Program-made: the position numbers and the translations under genes
Notes under the pieces: generated by a model
The model's input: the letters and a program-made list of their open reading frames with translations, nothing else
What the model was told of the DNA's origin: nothing
The model's database searches: none
Assembly (NCBI GenBank): GCA_021613535.1
Contig: CP075494.1
Span: 6,572,001-6,636,000, forward strand
Length of the DNA stretch: 64,000 nt
Direction: 5' to 3'
From: Adineta vaga
Lineage: Eukaryota; Animalia; Rotifera
In this document: in pieces, positions 50,371 through 62,926 of the stretch
How positions within the stretch are numbered: position 1 is the stretch's first letter
How the letters are laid out: every line of letters begins with the position of its first letter

Positions 50371-53080
50371 TTTGGACTCGAGTGACATTGTTTTTCAGTG
50401 CTCTTTTCTAGAGAATTTTTTCAGAGGAAACCGATGTGGTGAGAAATGAATACACAATGTGCTTCGAAGTCGTATTTATTGTACAATAACGTGTTTTGTT
50501 CTAAGCTCTTGATTTCCGACTGTGAGGGATGTGTTTATCATCTAAGTTGTTGATTTGTGTATGTTCGAGATAGCGAAATCCCGTGTTTGAAATGCACTAT
50601 AATTTATCAATTGAAGTTTGATGGGTATCATATGATATTTTGTGAAAGTGTCTACTCTTAATATAATGTCTTCTGAAAATTTTTCAATAGTGGAAAGGTT
50701 ATGAAGAAGAAGGACGACCGTTGATGCGTCTTATGATAGCCTTTTAATGGGTCCGCTGCACTTATTCCCATCACTGATCTATTAGGAACGACTTGGAAAT
50801 TATTTCTTAAACATTCTGTTGTGCATGAAAACGTAGCAAAATATTTTTGTGAACTTTATTTTGAATATTTCTCGTAATAGAGAGTTTAGTTTAAAGTCTG
50901 TGTGTCTCACAAATCGTTATTATATTTGTAACGTTAGAGAGTTGGGGTTGACGTCAAGATAAAGTGGATGATGAGTTTGACAACTTTATTTAGTTGCTTC
51001 TTTGATTTGATGTTTGATGTCTAATGGTAGAAAGATGTTTTGTATTCGTACATCTTTCAAGATAAAAAGAAAGTTTTAGGGAAAAGAGTGTATCTCAGTC
51101 TCAACTAACTAATGCTTAGAGACACAATTTAGGATGTAAATCGCATCTGGATGCAACTTCCGATATATTCGAGCTTCAATGAAAGACGGCAAAATGCATT
51201 TGTAAACACAAAGAGTGTTTCATGTTGGCATAGTGTCCCGTACTTATATTCCCTTCCTATTCATTATCATTCTGGGAATTACAAGAGTATGATTAATTCG
51301 CGAATGGTAAAGTCGTTCTGTCTTGAGTTTACACATATTTCTTTTTGAATATATTCATCATCGGTGTCGATGAAACCGACTATACTAGATCTATCGAAGT
51401 TTTTCATGCTGTGCATTCAAATAATTACACGTGATAATGAACATTTACTTGTTGAATGTACATCAAAAATAGTTTCTTTATCTAATTTGACGATTTTGTT
51501 TATTTGAGAGATCAATGTGAACTGCCTTTCTGAATTCATAGATTGTGATGAACATTGTTCTAAAATATACCATCGACGCATGTATCATGACATTTGTTTC
51601 ATTGAACCAATGGCATATTGATCACTGACTTTTTGACTATGAATATATATTGATGAAGTATATAATTGTCATATTTACACTGAATGGAAATTTTCTTTCA
51701 TATAATATTGGTATTTTAACAAAGATAGGACTATATCTGACATGAATTAACAAATAATATCTAACATTAGTCGAAAAGAGATAAAAAAATTAATGATAAA
51801 CTTTTTTTGGTTTGATTTAATCAATTTTGATCGCAATGCTCTAAATATATTTGTAAAAAGTATCGAATTCGTATAATAGTTACCTATAACCTTTGAACAA
51901 TTTCACAGCATCCAAACAATGAGAATTCAAACGAGTGTTACATCATAACCAAGATAAAAATGAAGACATTATCAAACGTCGTTCAAAGACGAGCTTTTGA
52001 ATTTTAAAATAATCGATTGTCATAATTAGGTAAATAACTATTGAATCCATACAAAAAATTCAATAAACTCTTTTTCTTTTTTTTTAATACTTGATGTTTC
52101 CAGATAAAAACTTTTTCTTCTATCAGAAAACATACACATTTTGACCCAAGTTATAGAGTATATGATTGTTCGTTCTTTTTTCAATGTTTTAAATTCTAAT
52201 GGAAACAAATAATAATCTTGATGTCTTGTGTAGAAGAAGTTTTTCTTTTCTACTTTCATGGCAAAAGAGATAAAAACTTCCATATTTAGACTTACGAAAT
52301 GAGAACAAAATTAAAAATGAACATTTCGTAAATCTCATCTATATTTCTACTCATTTTGTTTCTTATCTATAGACAAGCAGTAATTTATCAGATCAACTCT
52401 ATTTTTATTTAATTATCATAAGTGTTCTAATCTTTTTTGATCATTGTCTTTGAAGGTAATATTTGTTTAAAGCATCATGTGATATATCCTTCTCATTATC
52501 ATCTTTCGATAGATCCCTATTATTTTATTCTTCTATAGAATGTTGTCTATTCATTTATGTAAATCTAGGTTTACAATAGAAGACCTTCTGGAATACTCGA
52601 CTTTTTTTTCGGAACACATTTAATTCTCATTTGATCGTATCTTACGTTAATATTACGAGAAACTATGTTTTATTTCAGATTCTCTCAACATTAAAAATCT
52701 ATTGTGGAACACTTTCATATTATTTTCCTTCGACACAATTTGAGATCAATTGCCTCTATACTTTCCGAAATATACTCAATACATTATGACTTTCTCATAT
52801 AGCTCAATGGAATATTTACTCGTTGATAATTCAATATATTGTAATTAATTGATTTGTTTATTATCGTATGTTCCATAATTTCGTTATTTATCAGCAAGTT
52901 TATTACGTCAATATGGTCCTACACAACCAAATTTATATGGCATGATGTTGATTAATTTGACATACGCATCTTTTAAATTCAAATCCGAAGCAGTTGATAT
53001 TTTTGAACAATTTCTTATCAATCATTTTCCTTCTATTGAAATTTTATTCATCGCATCAGATATTAGATGCATGAAAGCCA

Positions 53081-55281
53081 ACTCTGAAAATAAAAAAGGA
53101 GTTTTCCAGAACCTTTTTGGGGGTTCGGCCCGCTGGTAAAATTCAGAACCCACAAAAAGGTTCTGGCTCATAGAGGGTTCTGTTAAAACCTAACAGAACT
53201 CTTCATTATTCTATACAAAAATAAGGTTCAGTCTGACATAAAAGGTGTGTTAAATGGTTTTTCAGAAAATTATTTTCTCATTATATCTAGGTTGATTTGT
53301 ACACATATTCCAGTGTTGCAAGTGCGTCTGTTTATGTTAAGCTCTCAAATAGACCGAAAGAGTGAATTAAGCTACATTCAAATCACGCTTTTTGCTTGCT
53401 GCCGATTGGCTCAATCCAGCCCTAACCTAATTCACTTTCTCAGTCTGTTTTTGACCTTGTAATATAAACAGACGCACTTGCAGTACTCGAATACGTGTAC
53501 AAATCAACCTAGATATAAAAAGAAAATCATTCTACTTATTTTGTTTCTAATATCCCACTTACCATTTCTCTGCAATATAGATCGGTCTAAATATAAAAGA
53601 AGAAAATATTTAGTTTCTATATAAAATATAGCTCACATTTCGTTAGACTTCGATCTGAATCTAAATGACAATAGAAAATATTTAATCTAAAATTCAAAAT
53701 GTCACTCAACTTTAATCAGATATGGCTATGAACCTAAATGATAACACAATACTTAGTTTTTCATTTTAAATATAATAACATAAACATTCTCGCTAAAAGC
53801 TATGACCTTCTCAATATCTGCTGCTATCAGGAACTGATATTTAGTTTCGAAAGCTGTCCGAATAGAAAGAGGCATTGAACAAGTCGTATTGAATATATCT
53901 CTTGATAGCTTCTGAAAGACTTGAAATCTGTGGATGAAATTCGATGTAGATTCCGATAACATTCTAAGAATCTGAGTACTGCTTAAACCAAAAACAAAAG
54001 TTGGGTGTAGCAATTAAAAGAATTTTTTTCGCAAACTTCAGTCACAAAATATTTTTGGTAAAAAGTCACCATTTGGGTCACTTATCATCTTTCATAAGTT
54101 TCATGCGGGACCTATGCTTTGAAGTTAAATTTTCGAGTATCATAAAATCCTCAGCCTGTCCCTGTCTGCTAGACTCATTGTATAAAAATATCTTTTATGC
54201 TCAAGGGTATACAAATACCCCTACATACTATCATTTGATGACTGCGTGATATCTCTACATAATCGAATAGAGGAACTGCTGGAAAAGATCATTTTATTTG
54301 TAAAGAATATTTTTAAAAGATTGAGCTCCGTGAAATGATAAACTTTTGAATAGTTCTTTAGTTCATTTCATCAGAGTTCATGGACTTGAGCTGATCAACT
54401 CCTACCCTCTATTGTTGACATAACATGTGAGTTAGTTTGAGCTAGATTAGAGTCGTTCTCTGTTAACTTGTAACTGGCCTGAACATGATTTTGTTACATG
54501 TAAGTAATAAGAGAAAAACCTCCCTCAGATATGGATGACGGAAAAATTGCTTGGAATAATCATATACTGATAGTGGACTCCCACCATCGTCGATGCAAAA
54601 CATTAAGTTGTTCAGTTCATACCTAAGATCGTTATTGACAACTTGAAATGGCCAAAGCATTTCCGTTTTTTGTTATGACAAAACTCAGAAGAGAAAAGAA
54701 AGTTGTTAAATTGTTGTTGACTTGCATGAACAAACGAACGTATATACATTTTTTGAGTGTGTGACTCACTTCTTCAGTTGAGGAAACTTACGATACTCCA
54801 ACATTCACTGGGGCAGCTATATCAGGTTGCGGATTTTAGACAAGAAACTTTACATTTAGTAACGTCGAAGGAAAAAATCTCTATGATTCAATATTATCAG
54901 ACCGAACCCTTTCTAACTGAGTATTTTTGGGCAGAACCATTTCGGTTTCTTACAAGCCTGTTCATAAGCTTACATGGTTTCGGATTGGTACACAGAACTT
55001 TTTAAAGTTCTGTAGTTGTACTACCGAACCAACTGGATTCAGTTTCGTCTCACGAAGGAGTTTTCAAGGTTCAGTGGAAAAATACCTAAACATTCTGTAG
55101 TTTAAGGGATGACTGACAGAACTCTTCATAGTTTAGAATTGTCGGACAAAACCCTTTGTAGTTCAGAATTGTTGCTCAGAACCTTTCTTGGATTCTCATA
55201 TGTTATACAGAACTTTTTCTGGTTCTGGAGATGTTGCAGAATCCAAAAAGGTTTGGGACACTCCTTTTCTTCTTTCAGAGG
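53081..55281. mobile_element. Degenerate TIR DNA transposon, CACTA/EnSpm-like
   Basis: Imperfect ~40-bp TIRs: left CTCTGAAAATAAAAAAGGAGTTTTCCAGAACCTTTTTGG versus right reverse complement CTCTGAAAGAAGAAAAGGAGTGTCCCAAACCTTTTTGG; many subterminal GAACC/GGTTC repeats at both ends; interior has only broken ORFs. Confidence 0.65.
53267..53532. mobile_element. Fold-back MITE nested in the TIR element
   Basis: TTATATCTAGGTTGATTTGTACAC..GCAAGTGCGTCTGTTTAT (from 53281) is near-perfectly inverted at 53464-53518; arms extend imperfectly outward and inward. Confidence 0.8.
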
Positions 55282-55447
55282 ATAGATAAAAACAATTAAT
55301 ATCATTATATATTTATCAAATTTACGTATTTTTAATGTTCGACTAGTACCGATCGATCCACAGAAAGAATATCTCAATAGAGGGTTTTGTTCAGTTTTTG
55401 ATGCTGTATCTTTTAGTACATTAAACGAATAATTTCATAAAGCTCTT

Positions 55448-55575
55448 CCCAGATCGACAAATCCGATATTGGATCCGATAGGATCTTATAGGATCCAACG
55501 TTCCGACAAAATCCTATCGGATTCCTGGTGACGAATCTGTATTGGATTCCGTCAGTAGAATTTCAGTCGGAAGCT
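55448..55575. repeat. GGATCC/ATCCGA-rich interspersed repeat remnant
   Basis: Clustered TCCGA/TCGGA/GGAT(T)CC units; starts CCCAGATCGA, similar to the CCCATGTCGA start of the element at 15236. Confidence 0.45.
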
Positions 55576-56756
55576 GCACATTTTATGAGCGTTCTTTTTA
55601 GCTATATTTTTTGAGAAATCTCAAAATAGTTTCGGGAGTGGTTGTCAGTAAAATTAATGTATTCTTTTATTCGTTCAACCAGATGCGCTAAAATTTGGAA
55701 CTCGAGGTTTTCAATGATGCTGAACAAAATCAAAACATAAAATCAAGAAAAGAAATTTTGACGAGTGTTTCTTCTCTTTAAGAGAGTTTTTTAAAGAATA
55801 TAGATGCGTTAATCATCATTATAGTTCTTTCAGAGAGGGGTCAGCGAATCCTACGGATGAACGTTACTTGTATTTAATTAAGAGTAACAATAGTTTATGT
55901 ATAGTAATTGTTTACTATTTAAACCAATCAGATTTCATCACATATTATCATCACCTATCATTTAAAAGTTGATGTTAGAAAAAAACTGTTTGATTGATTA
56001 ACACAATCAGATGCGAATTATAATTATATTCATTACTTACTTCTATAATATGAAATAAACATAGTAAGATTATACGTCTAGACATATCAGTTCTACTTAT
56101 GATCTAGTCTTACTTTATAGAAAGAACTTGTTAATATGTGAGCGCAGAATGTATATTAGAAGAAATAGTAGCTATTACAAATCGTAAAAAGTCGAACTAT
56201 AGACCTTTTACAATTCGATTTAATCCCGAGAAATACTTTCATAACGGATTAAATTTCATTTTATTGAACGAAACGTTTCAGAAGAAAAGCGGCACATTAA
56301 TTCATATTTTTTAGACAAAATGTATAATTCAAGATTTCTTCAAATTCATCATTTGATAACTTACTGAACAAAATTTATACGGAAATATCATATTGGCTCC
56401 TTGAATGATTCTGTTAGATAAGATTTGATCTTCACAAACAGCGAGCCATTACTGACAAATACTGATTGAAGAGAAAAACAATCACTTTCGTTTGATTTTT
56501 TGTGCTGGAAAAGTCGTCGATCCGAGTCGACACATTCTAATGAACACCCTCATCCTTGACAAGAAAAATTAGTTGAGTCGATCTCTCGGTCGTTACTGAC
56601 ATCTATTGTTATTTAACTTCAACATAATATTAATTTATAAGATATATAACATCCAATCGATTCTTTGTTCTTCATATCGGTATGTCTCTCCTTTCAACAT
56701 CGACATCGACATCGACATTTTCATTTTTCATTTCACAACAAACGAGAAAACTCTAA

Positions 56757-57305
56757 ATGTCTTCAATGAATGAATCTATTTCTACAATTCTTTCTAAACC
56801 CAATAAAACTACGAATGATTTACAACAAATAATTGATCAATGGCATCAAGATTTACTGAAAAATGAAGATCAGCTTCTTCAATATGCAACTCAACTTGAA
56901 CAAAAACAACAAGTTCTTAATCAAACAACAGATTCCATTATTCAAACACAAGATTTATTAACAAATCTTGAAAAAAATTTACAACAATTTCAATTATCAA
57001 CTCAAACTTTAACAAAATATAATGATGAACTTGAAACGAATATCGAACAGTTAAATATAGAAAGTAAAAATCTTCTACCCAACATTCGTTCCAATCTAAA
57101 AACTGATCAAGATCGTACAATCACTTATGATTTAATGGATTCAGTCGATACTCATCTCAATGAACTTGATCAAACAATGAAACAACTCAATAACATTCTT
57201 CAAATAAATACAGATCATTCCATTTTGAAAACTACAAACGAATTACAGACGTGCTTTGATGACATTCATAATCTTCAAGAAACAATTAACCAAATAAAAA
57301 TCTAA
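56757..57305 (+). CDS. Nup62/Nsp1 C-terminal coiled-coil-like protein A (no FG repeats)
   Basis: 'LQQIIDQWHQDL...QLLQYATQL' and 'DQDRTITYDLMDSVDTHLNEL' match Nup62 'LESLINKWSLEL..FLQQATQV' and 'DEEREKTYKLAENIDAQL'. Confidence 0.65.
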   Translation: MSSMNESISTILSKPNKTTNDLQQIIDQWHQDLLKNEDQLLQYATQLEQKQQVLNQTTDSIIQTQDLLTNLEKNLQQFQLSTQTLTKYNDELETNIEQLNIESKNLLPNIRSNLKTDQDRTITYDLMDSVDTHLNELDQTMKQLNNILQINTDHSILKTTNELQTCFDDIHNLQETINQIKI

Positions 57306-57333
57306 TCAACTTTTTTCTTTTCTCTTTTTCTAG

Positions 57334-58062
57334 ATGAGTTTCTTTAATACACCAGCAACGAATACAACGACAGCAACAAACATTCCAGTAACTACAACAG
57401 CAAAGACAGTGACACGCACTTATCGTGATTTAGAACGTTTATTAACGAAATGGCAAACTGATTTCGATACAAAACATCGTTTATCTTATGAAAATTTATC
57501 ACAATCTGTTCGTCAACGTGATGTTGACTTATCAACGTATCGTGAAACATTACAATCAGTTCAAAGAGATATCAATCAAATGCAATTACAACAAAATCAT
57601 TTACAAGATGAATTAAAATTATTGGATACACATGAAAAAGAACTAGAAGCAAATCTACAAAGTTTAGAAAATGATATTTTACAATTACCACCATTACAAC
57701 AAGATATCTATTCAATTCAACAACAAAATTTATATGCAAGTCAAAATCTACCATTAACATTTAATGAACGTATGAAAAATTTTCAATTAATGGAACAATT
57801 AGATTCCCTAGTTAAATGTTCAACGAAGGATTTACAAGAAATTGTTGATAAAATGAATGAACAAGATGATGATAATGATCACGAACCAGATCTAACAACA
57901 ACAGATCAATCAATTGATCCAACACTTGTTAATGAACAAAATATTAAACAATTAACTAAAACATTAGATTCATGTTTTAAAATGTTGGCTTTTATTGATA
58001 CGAATGTAACAGATATTGAAAATAAAGTTACACAAACAACTCAACGTATACTTAATTCATAA
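57334..58062 (+). CDS. Nup62/Nsp1 C-terminal coiled-coil-like protein B (no FG repeats)
   Basis: Thr-rich linker, 'TYRDLERLLTKWQTDF', 'KELEANLQSLE', 'ERMKNFQLMEQLD..DLQEIVDKMN', 'IKQLTKTLD..LAFIDTN'. Confidence 0.72.
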   Translation: MSFFNTPATNTTTATNIPVTTTAKTVTRTYRDLERLLTKWQTDFDTKHRLSYENLSQSVRQRDVDLSTYRETLQSVQRDINQMQLQQNHLQDELKLLDTHEKELEANLQSLENDILQLPPLQQDIYSIQQQNLYASQNLPLTFNERMKNFQLMEQLDSLVKCSTKDLQEIVDKMNEQDDDNDHEPDLTTTDQSIDPTLVNEQNIKQLTKTLDSCFKMLAFIDTNVTDIENKVTQTTQRILNS

Positions 58063-58285
58063 ACTAATAGTTCTCTTTTTTTCTTGTTTAAAAATAAATT
58101 TTGTGATTAAATAAAAGATCTTTTCATCGTTTCTCTACTAACACCTTCATTGATACATTTCTCTTTAGATTGTTATCTATTGTCTAAGAAATATTTGTCG
58201 AATGAATAGCATACAGAAATCTCCTGTTACATCGATATCGACCTAAATGCTATACTTCAGATATTTTGGTATTACACAAAATAAT

Positions 58286-60816
58286 ATGCAGTTTACTCGA
58301 AAATTTTCTTCCCTTGCAAAGCATTTTGATACATATGCAAAATTTCAGCCAACACCGGTGACTGTAAAAAGTCTGATTGATTTTGGTAAGCTTATTGAAT
58401 CTATGAAAACACCGTATTGCTTCTTATGATTCTTCTCTTACTTTATAGCTGTGGATGGCGATATGAAACAGTCATATAAATTTTTACGTGTAGAACTACT
58501 TGTACGATGGTCACATATGCGAAAAGAAATGAATTATATCCCACCGAGGTATAAATATAATTAAATAAAAGAAAATTCATGTTTTATTAATAGATTATTG
58601 GAAATGCCAAGTTTTCAATTGGCAAATTCGTTATATGATCAAAGTTTTTCAGAAGTTTTAGCATTTAAAGATGCCGAGCCAGATGCTACAACGCTTCGCA
58701 AGTAATATAATATATTGACATCTTCTGAGGATCTCATTTTCTTCATATCATAATCATATAGATTCACGGAAACGTTAGTTGATATTCGTCGTCGACATGC
58801 AAATATTGTACCAACTTTAGCTCGAGTTTGTATTAGACACAAATTCTGTTTCTTTTTACTGAAATTTTGTTTGTTTAGGCTTATATGGAATTAGAAAAGG
58901 CTGGAGAGATTGATTTAATCGAAAAAAATCGATTGCAATACTTTTATGATCGATTCTTTATGAATCGTATTGGTATTCGAACATTAATCTATCAACATAG
59001 TTAATAAGAAGATAACAATCAAGACTCATTTTATTGAGATTTTTTTCTTTATAGCTCTCTTATTCGGAAATGAATTTCCTCAACATCCACAACAAGCGGG
59101 CATTATTGATCCTTATTGCGATGTTGCAGGTGTTGTCCGAGGTAAATTGGAGAAACTCTTCATTCAAATTAAAACTAATAGACAAGCAAAGGTTATCGAC
59201 AGTAAAGGAATATGTTATGTTTGTGCGTATGGAAGGTGATCATATGTCACAAAAGAAAAATACAATGTCTACAAAATTTTTTATCATTGTTATATTAATG
59301 TAGGAGTATATATATATATAACTGATTATTCTATGGGTATTACTTCACCTGTCAAAGAAAAACAACAGAACGTTCGAAGAAAAATCGTCAGTATCTTTTG
59401 TCGACTTTGAGTTGAAGTCAAATAAAAGCTTTTGTATAGACACAACGGTACGTTTTTTTTCGGTTTAGAATGACATTTAGTGAATGTCTCGCCTTTGATT
59501 TAAGCTAGATTTTTTTACATAGTTGCCATTTTTAAGTATTTTCATCTGACCCAAATCCATTCCTCGACGTGTGTTGTATTTTCATTCACGTTAAAAATAG
59601 TAATCGTATCTTTCTAAAGGTAGTAGGATCGATGAATGAATGAATGGATATATAAATATTTCATAGCTGATTGCAACATGATTGATTATTCTGAAAAATA
59701 AGAAGTACGGGAAGATCTCTTCCTTTATCGACATTGATATATTAATCATGCTAGGATTATTATCATTTTCGAATTTGAAGTTCTTCCTTTATGAAATAGT
59801 AAAAAGAAAGAAAGAAAGAAAGAGGCCTCGTCGTTTTTTTTTCTTTTCCTTTTTCTTTTTTATACGAAAGTAATGATAGAAGATAGAGAGAAAAAACATC
59901 TCTATTTGTAGAAGGATTGATTACCAATCTATTTGATTTGCACGTGTTTTCGTCTATATAGATGCATATGCCACAGCAAAACATCTATTCGAACGAGCAT
60001 CATATCCAGTGCCATCAATAGAAATTTCGACTCATACCGGTAAAGATATTTTACAAATATGTAACAAAGGAAATTTCATTACATTCTTTCGTTTTTTTTA
60101 GTACATGAAAATGAAAAAGATCATGTCACTATTGTTTACATCCCAGCACATATTTATCACATTGCATTCGAATTGTTAAAAGTACGTTATTTTGTATGTT
60201 GAGAATGAAAAATATCATACGATAATAGAACTCACTACGAGCAACTGTTGAGCGACATGGCAGGGATGCTAAAGAGTATCCACCGGTAAAAGTTCGTATT
60301 GTTAAAGGTTATGAAGATTTAACAATACAAATTGCTGATCGCGGTGGTAAGTCTAACATGAAATACTTTGTCTTACTTGATAATATATGATTATTCTCTG
60401 CAGGTGGTGTTCCTCGTTCAAAGTTATCTCAATTATTTCATTATATGTATTCAACTGCTCCGAAACCGAATCACGATTTCACTCTTGATAATAAAGGAAC
60501 ACCAATAGCTGGTCTTGGTTATGGTTTACCTATTGCTCGTCTCTATGCGAAATATTTTCAAGGCAATTTAGCTTTGTCATCAGTCGAAGGTCTTGGCACT
60601 TGGGCATATATATCGCTTAAAGTAAGAACAAATCGATTTTTTCGAAAATTGTTAATTATTCATTTTTTTAGGCAGCAGCAGAGAATGCCAGGTAAATGTA
60701 TGTCATACGATTTTTCTTCTGACATTTTTCTCTTTTTTAGTGAATTGCTACCAATATTTAGTAAAATACGTTATTCATATACAACAAAAAAAGGATCTGA
60801 TTGGACAAGAAAATGA
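58286..60816 (+). CDS. PDK: Mitochondrial pyruvate dehydrogenase kinase, paralogue A
   Basis: '[17 protein letters not shown]', 'FLRVEL', '[17 protein letters not shown]', 'FELLK/NSLRA', 'DRGG/G', 'YMYSTAP', '[19 protein letters not shown]'. Confidence 0.92.
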
Positions 60817-60951
60817 CTAAAATTGTCTGTTTTTATTTATTTTCCTTTTTTTTCTTCTTCCGAGTAGAAATTATTGATTTTTATTTGATTACATGAAATA
60901 ATTTTTAGATGGATAGAAAATGATTAGAATAGAATATTAAATAACCAAATA

Positions 60952-62689
60952 ATGTATTTTACACGTTTTTTACGCAGACAACAGCAAACTTTAACACATC
61001 TGGTTGATCATTATGCACAATATCCACCGACTGGATTGACAATGAAAAGAATTGTTGAGTTTGGTAAATGAAAAATGTCATTTATTTTCATTGGATTTTT
61101 CTGTTTGAATGATTAGCACGTGAAGGTGATGCTCGACAATCTTTTTTATTTCTTCGAAATGAATTACCAGTTCGATTAGCATCCATGATGAAAGAAATGG
61201 ATCATTTACCACCACGTCTTCTCGAAATGCCAAGTGTGAAAACAGTAAATAGTTGGTATGGAACAAGTTTAACCGAGTTACATTCGTTCAAAGGTTTACA
61301 ACCGAACGCAGATGTTGTTACAAAGTAAAGCAATAGATTTGGATTTGTGACAAAGATTCTTATTGTGTTCTTTTCGAACTATAGATTTACCGAAGTCTTG
61401 CAAAATATTAGAAAACGACATACAACTGTAGTAGAAACATTAGCTCAAGTCAGTTATTATAGTTGAATTTGTTTTGTAAGAGGATAATTATATTCTAGGG
61501 TTACATGGAATTTTCAGATTATGGACAAGTTAAAGAATATGAAGAGTCACAAATACAATATTTTCTTAATCGATTTCATCTATCTCGTATATCAATTCGG
61601 TTATTGATCTATCAACATAGTAAGAACATTTCTTTTTGAAATTGAATTTTTCAAATCATATCGAATACATAACATAATGATTAGCAATGTGTTTTGGCGA
61701 AGAAGTTCCTATACATCCAACCCATCTTGGTTTTGTTGATCCATCTTGTTTTGTCGAAAATACAATTAGAGGTAAATAAGATATGCATAATTCAATCGAT
61801 AATATCAATCTTTTGTTTTTCCTTCAGATGCATATGAGAATGCTCAATTTTTATGTGAAAGTTATTATTTAAAATCACCTCAATTGGAACTTCGTAATAT
61901 TAATGGTAATTGAAACATATCTACATTCTTGAAAACATGCATTCATGTCTTTAATTAGCAATCAATGCGAATGAAGCAATTGCAATAGCGTATGTTCCAT
62001 CACATTTGTATCATGTTATGTTTGAATTATTTAAAGTATGAGAAAATCAAAGTTTAAGAAAGAATATTTCTGGATCTGATTTTAGAATTCTATGCGTGCA
62101 ACAGTAGAATATACTGAAAGCAAAAAGAATGATGACATTTTACCAAAAATTAAAGTTAGTTTCATATTTCTAATGAACTAGCTGATAGTTTCTTTTCAAT
62201 TTCAGGTTGATATTGTCAAAGCTAAAGAAGATTTAACAATTCGTATTAGTGATCGAGGTGGTGGAATTCCACGTTCAAGAGCTGATAAAATCTTTCGATA
62301 TATGTATTCAACAGCACCAAGGCCTGTTTCATCACATGATGCTCAATATTCCGGTCCAGTTCCATTAGCAGGTTTCGGTTATGGTCTTCCAATAGTATGT
62401 TTTAGTTTTGTAATTTCTAACAAACTGTTCATTTATTCAATTGTTTAGAGTCGACTTTATGCACGATATTTCAATGGTGATTTAGAAATACATTCCGTCG
62501 ATGGCTATGGTACTGATGCTTATGTCTATCTTCAAGTAAGCGATAAAATTTGACAATTTTTTAGTTTATAAATATGAATTTTAGGCTGTTGAAGATCAAG
62601 CAAGTGAATGGTTACCCATATGTAATCGAGCTGCCTATGAGTATTACCTATCACGAAAGTATCAATCTGATTGGACGAAGAAGAAATAA
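60952..62689 (+). CDS. PDK: Mitochondrial pyruvate dehydrogenase kinase, paralogue B
   Basis: '[11 protein letters not shown]', '[11 protein letters not shown]', '[20 protein letters not shown]', 'DRGGG', '[18 protein letters not shown]', 'GYGTDA'. Confidence 0.93.
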
Positions 62690-62926
62690 TAATATCCTGT
62701 GATTGAAAATAATTCTTTAGTGATGCAAATTTGTTAGTTTATTTTATTAATTGATTTATTTGAATGAGAGTGAATGTTATTTTCCCATGTATATTTTAAT
62801 AATAGTTTTTGTTTTTGTCAAGTAACTAAATCAAAGAATAAATCGTTTTGTTGATTAAATCGTATTCGATCTAATGATTCGGTAAGAAAAATAAGTTTAT
62901 TTTCAAGAAATGCAAATCAAATAAGT

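Noticed and set aside
51360-51650. Minus-strand remnant 'VSDQYAIGSMKQMS*Y', possibly a foreign gene relic
   Set aside because: Too short and broken to assign a family.
53753-55005. Short ORFs inside the TIR element as intact genes
   Set aside because: Fragmented with no convincing domain.
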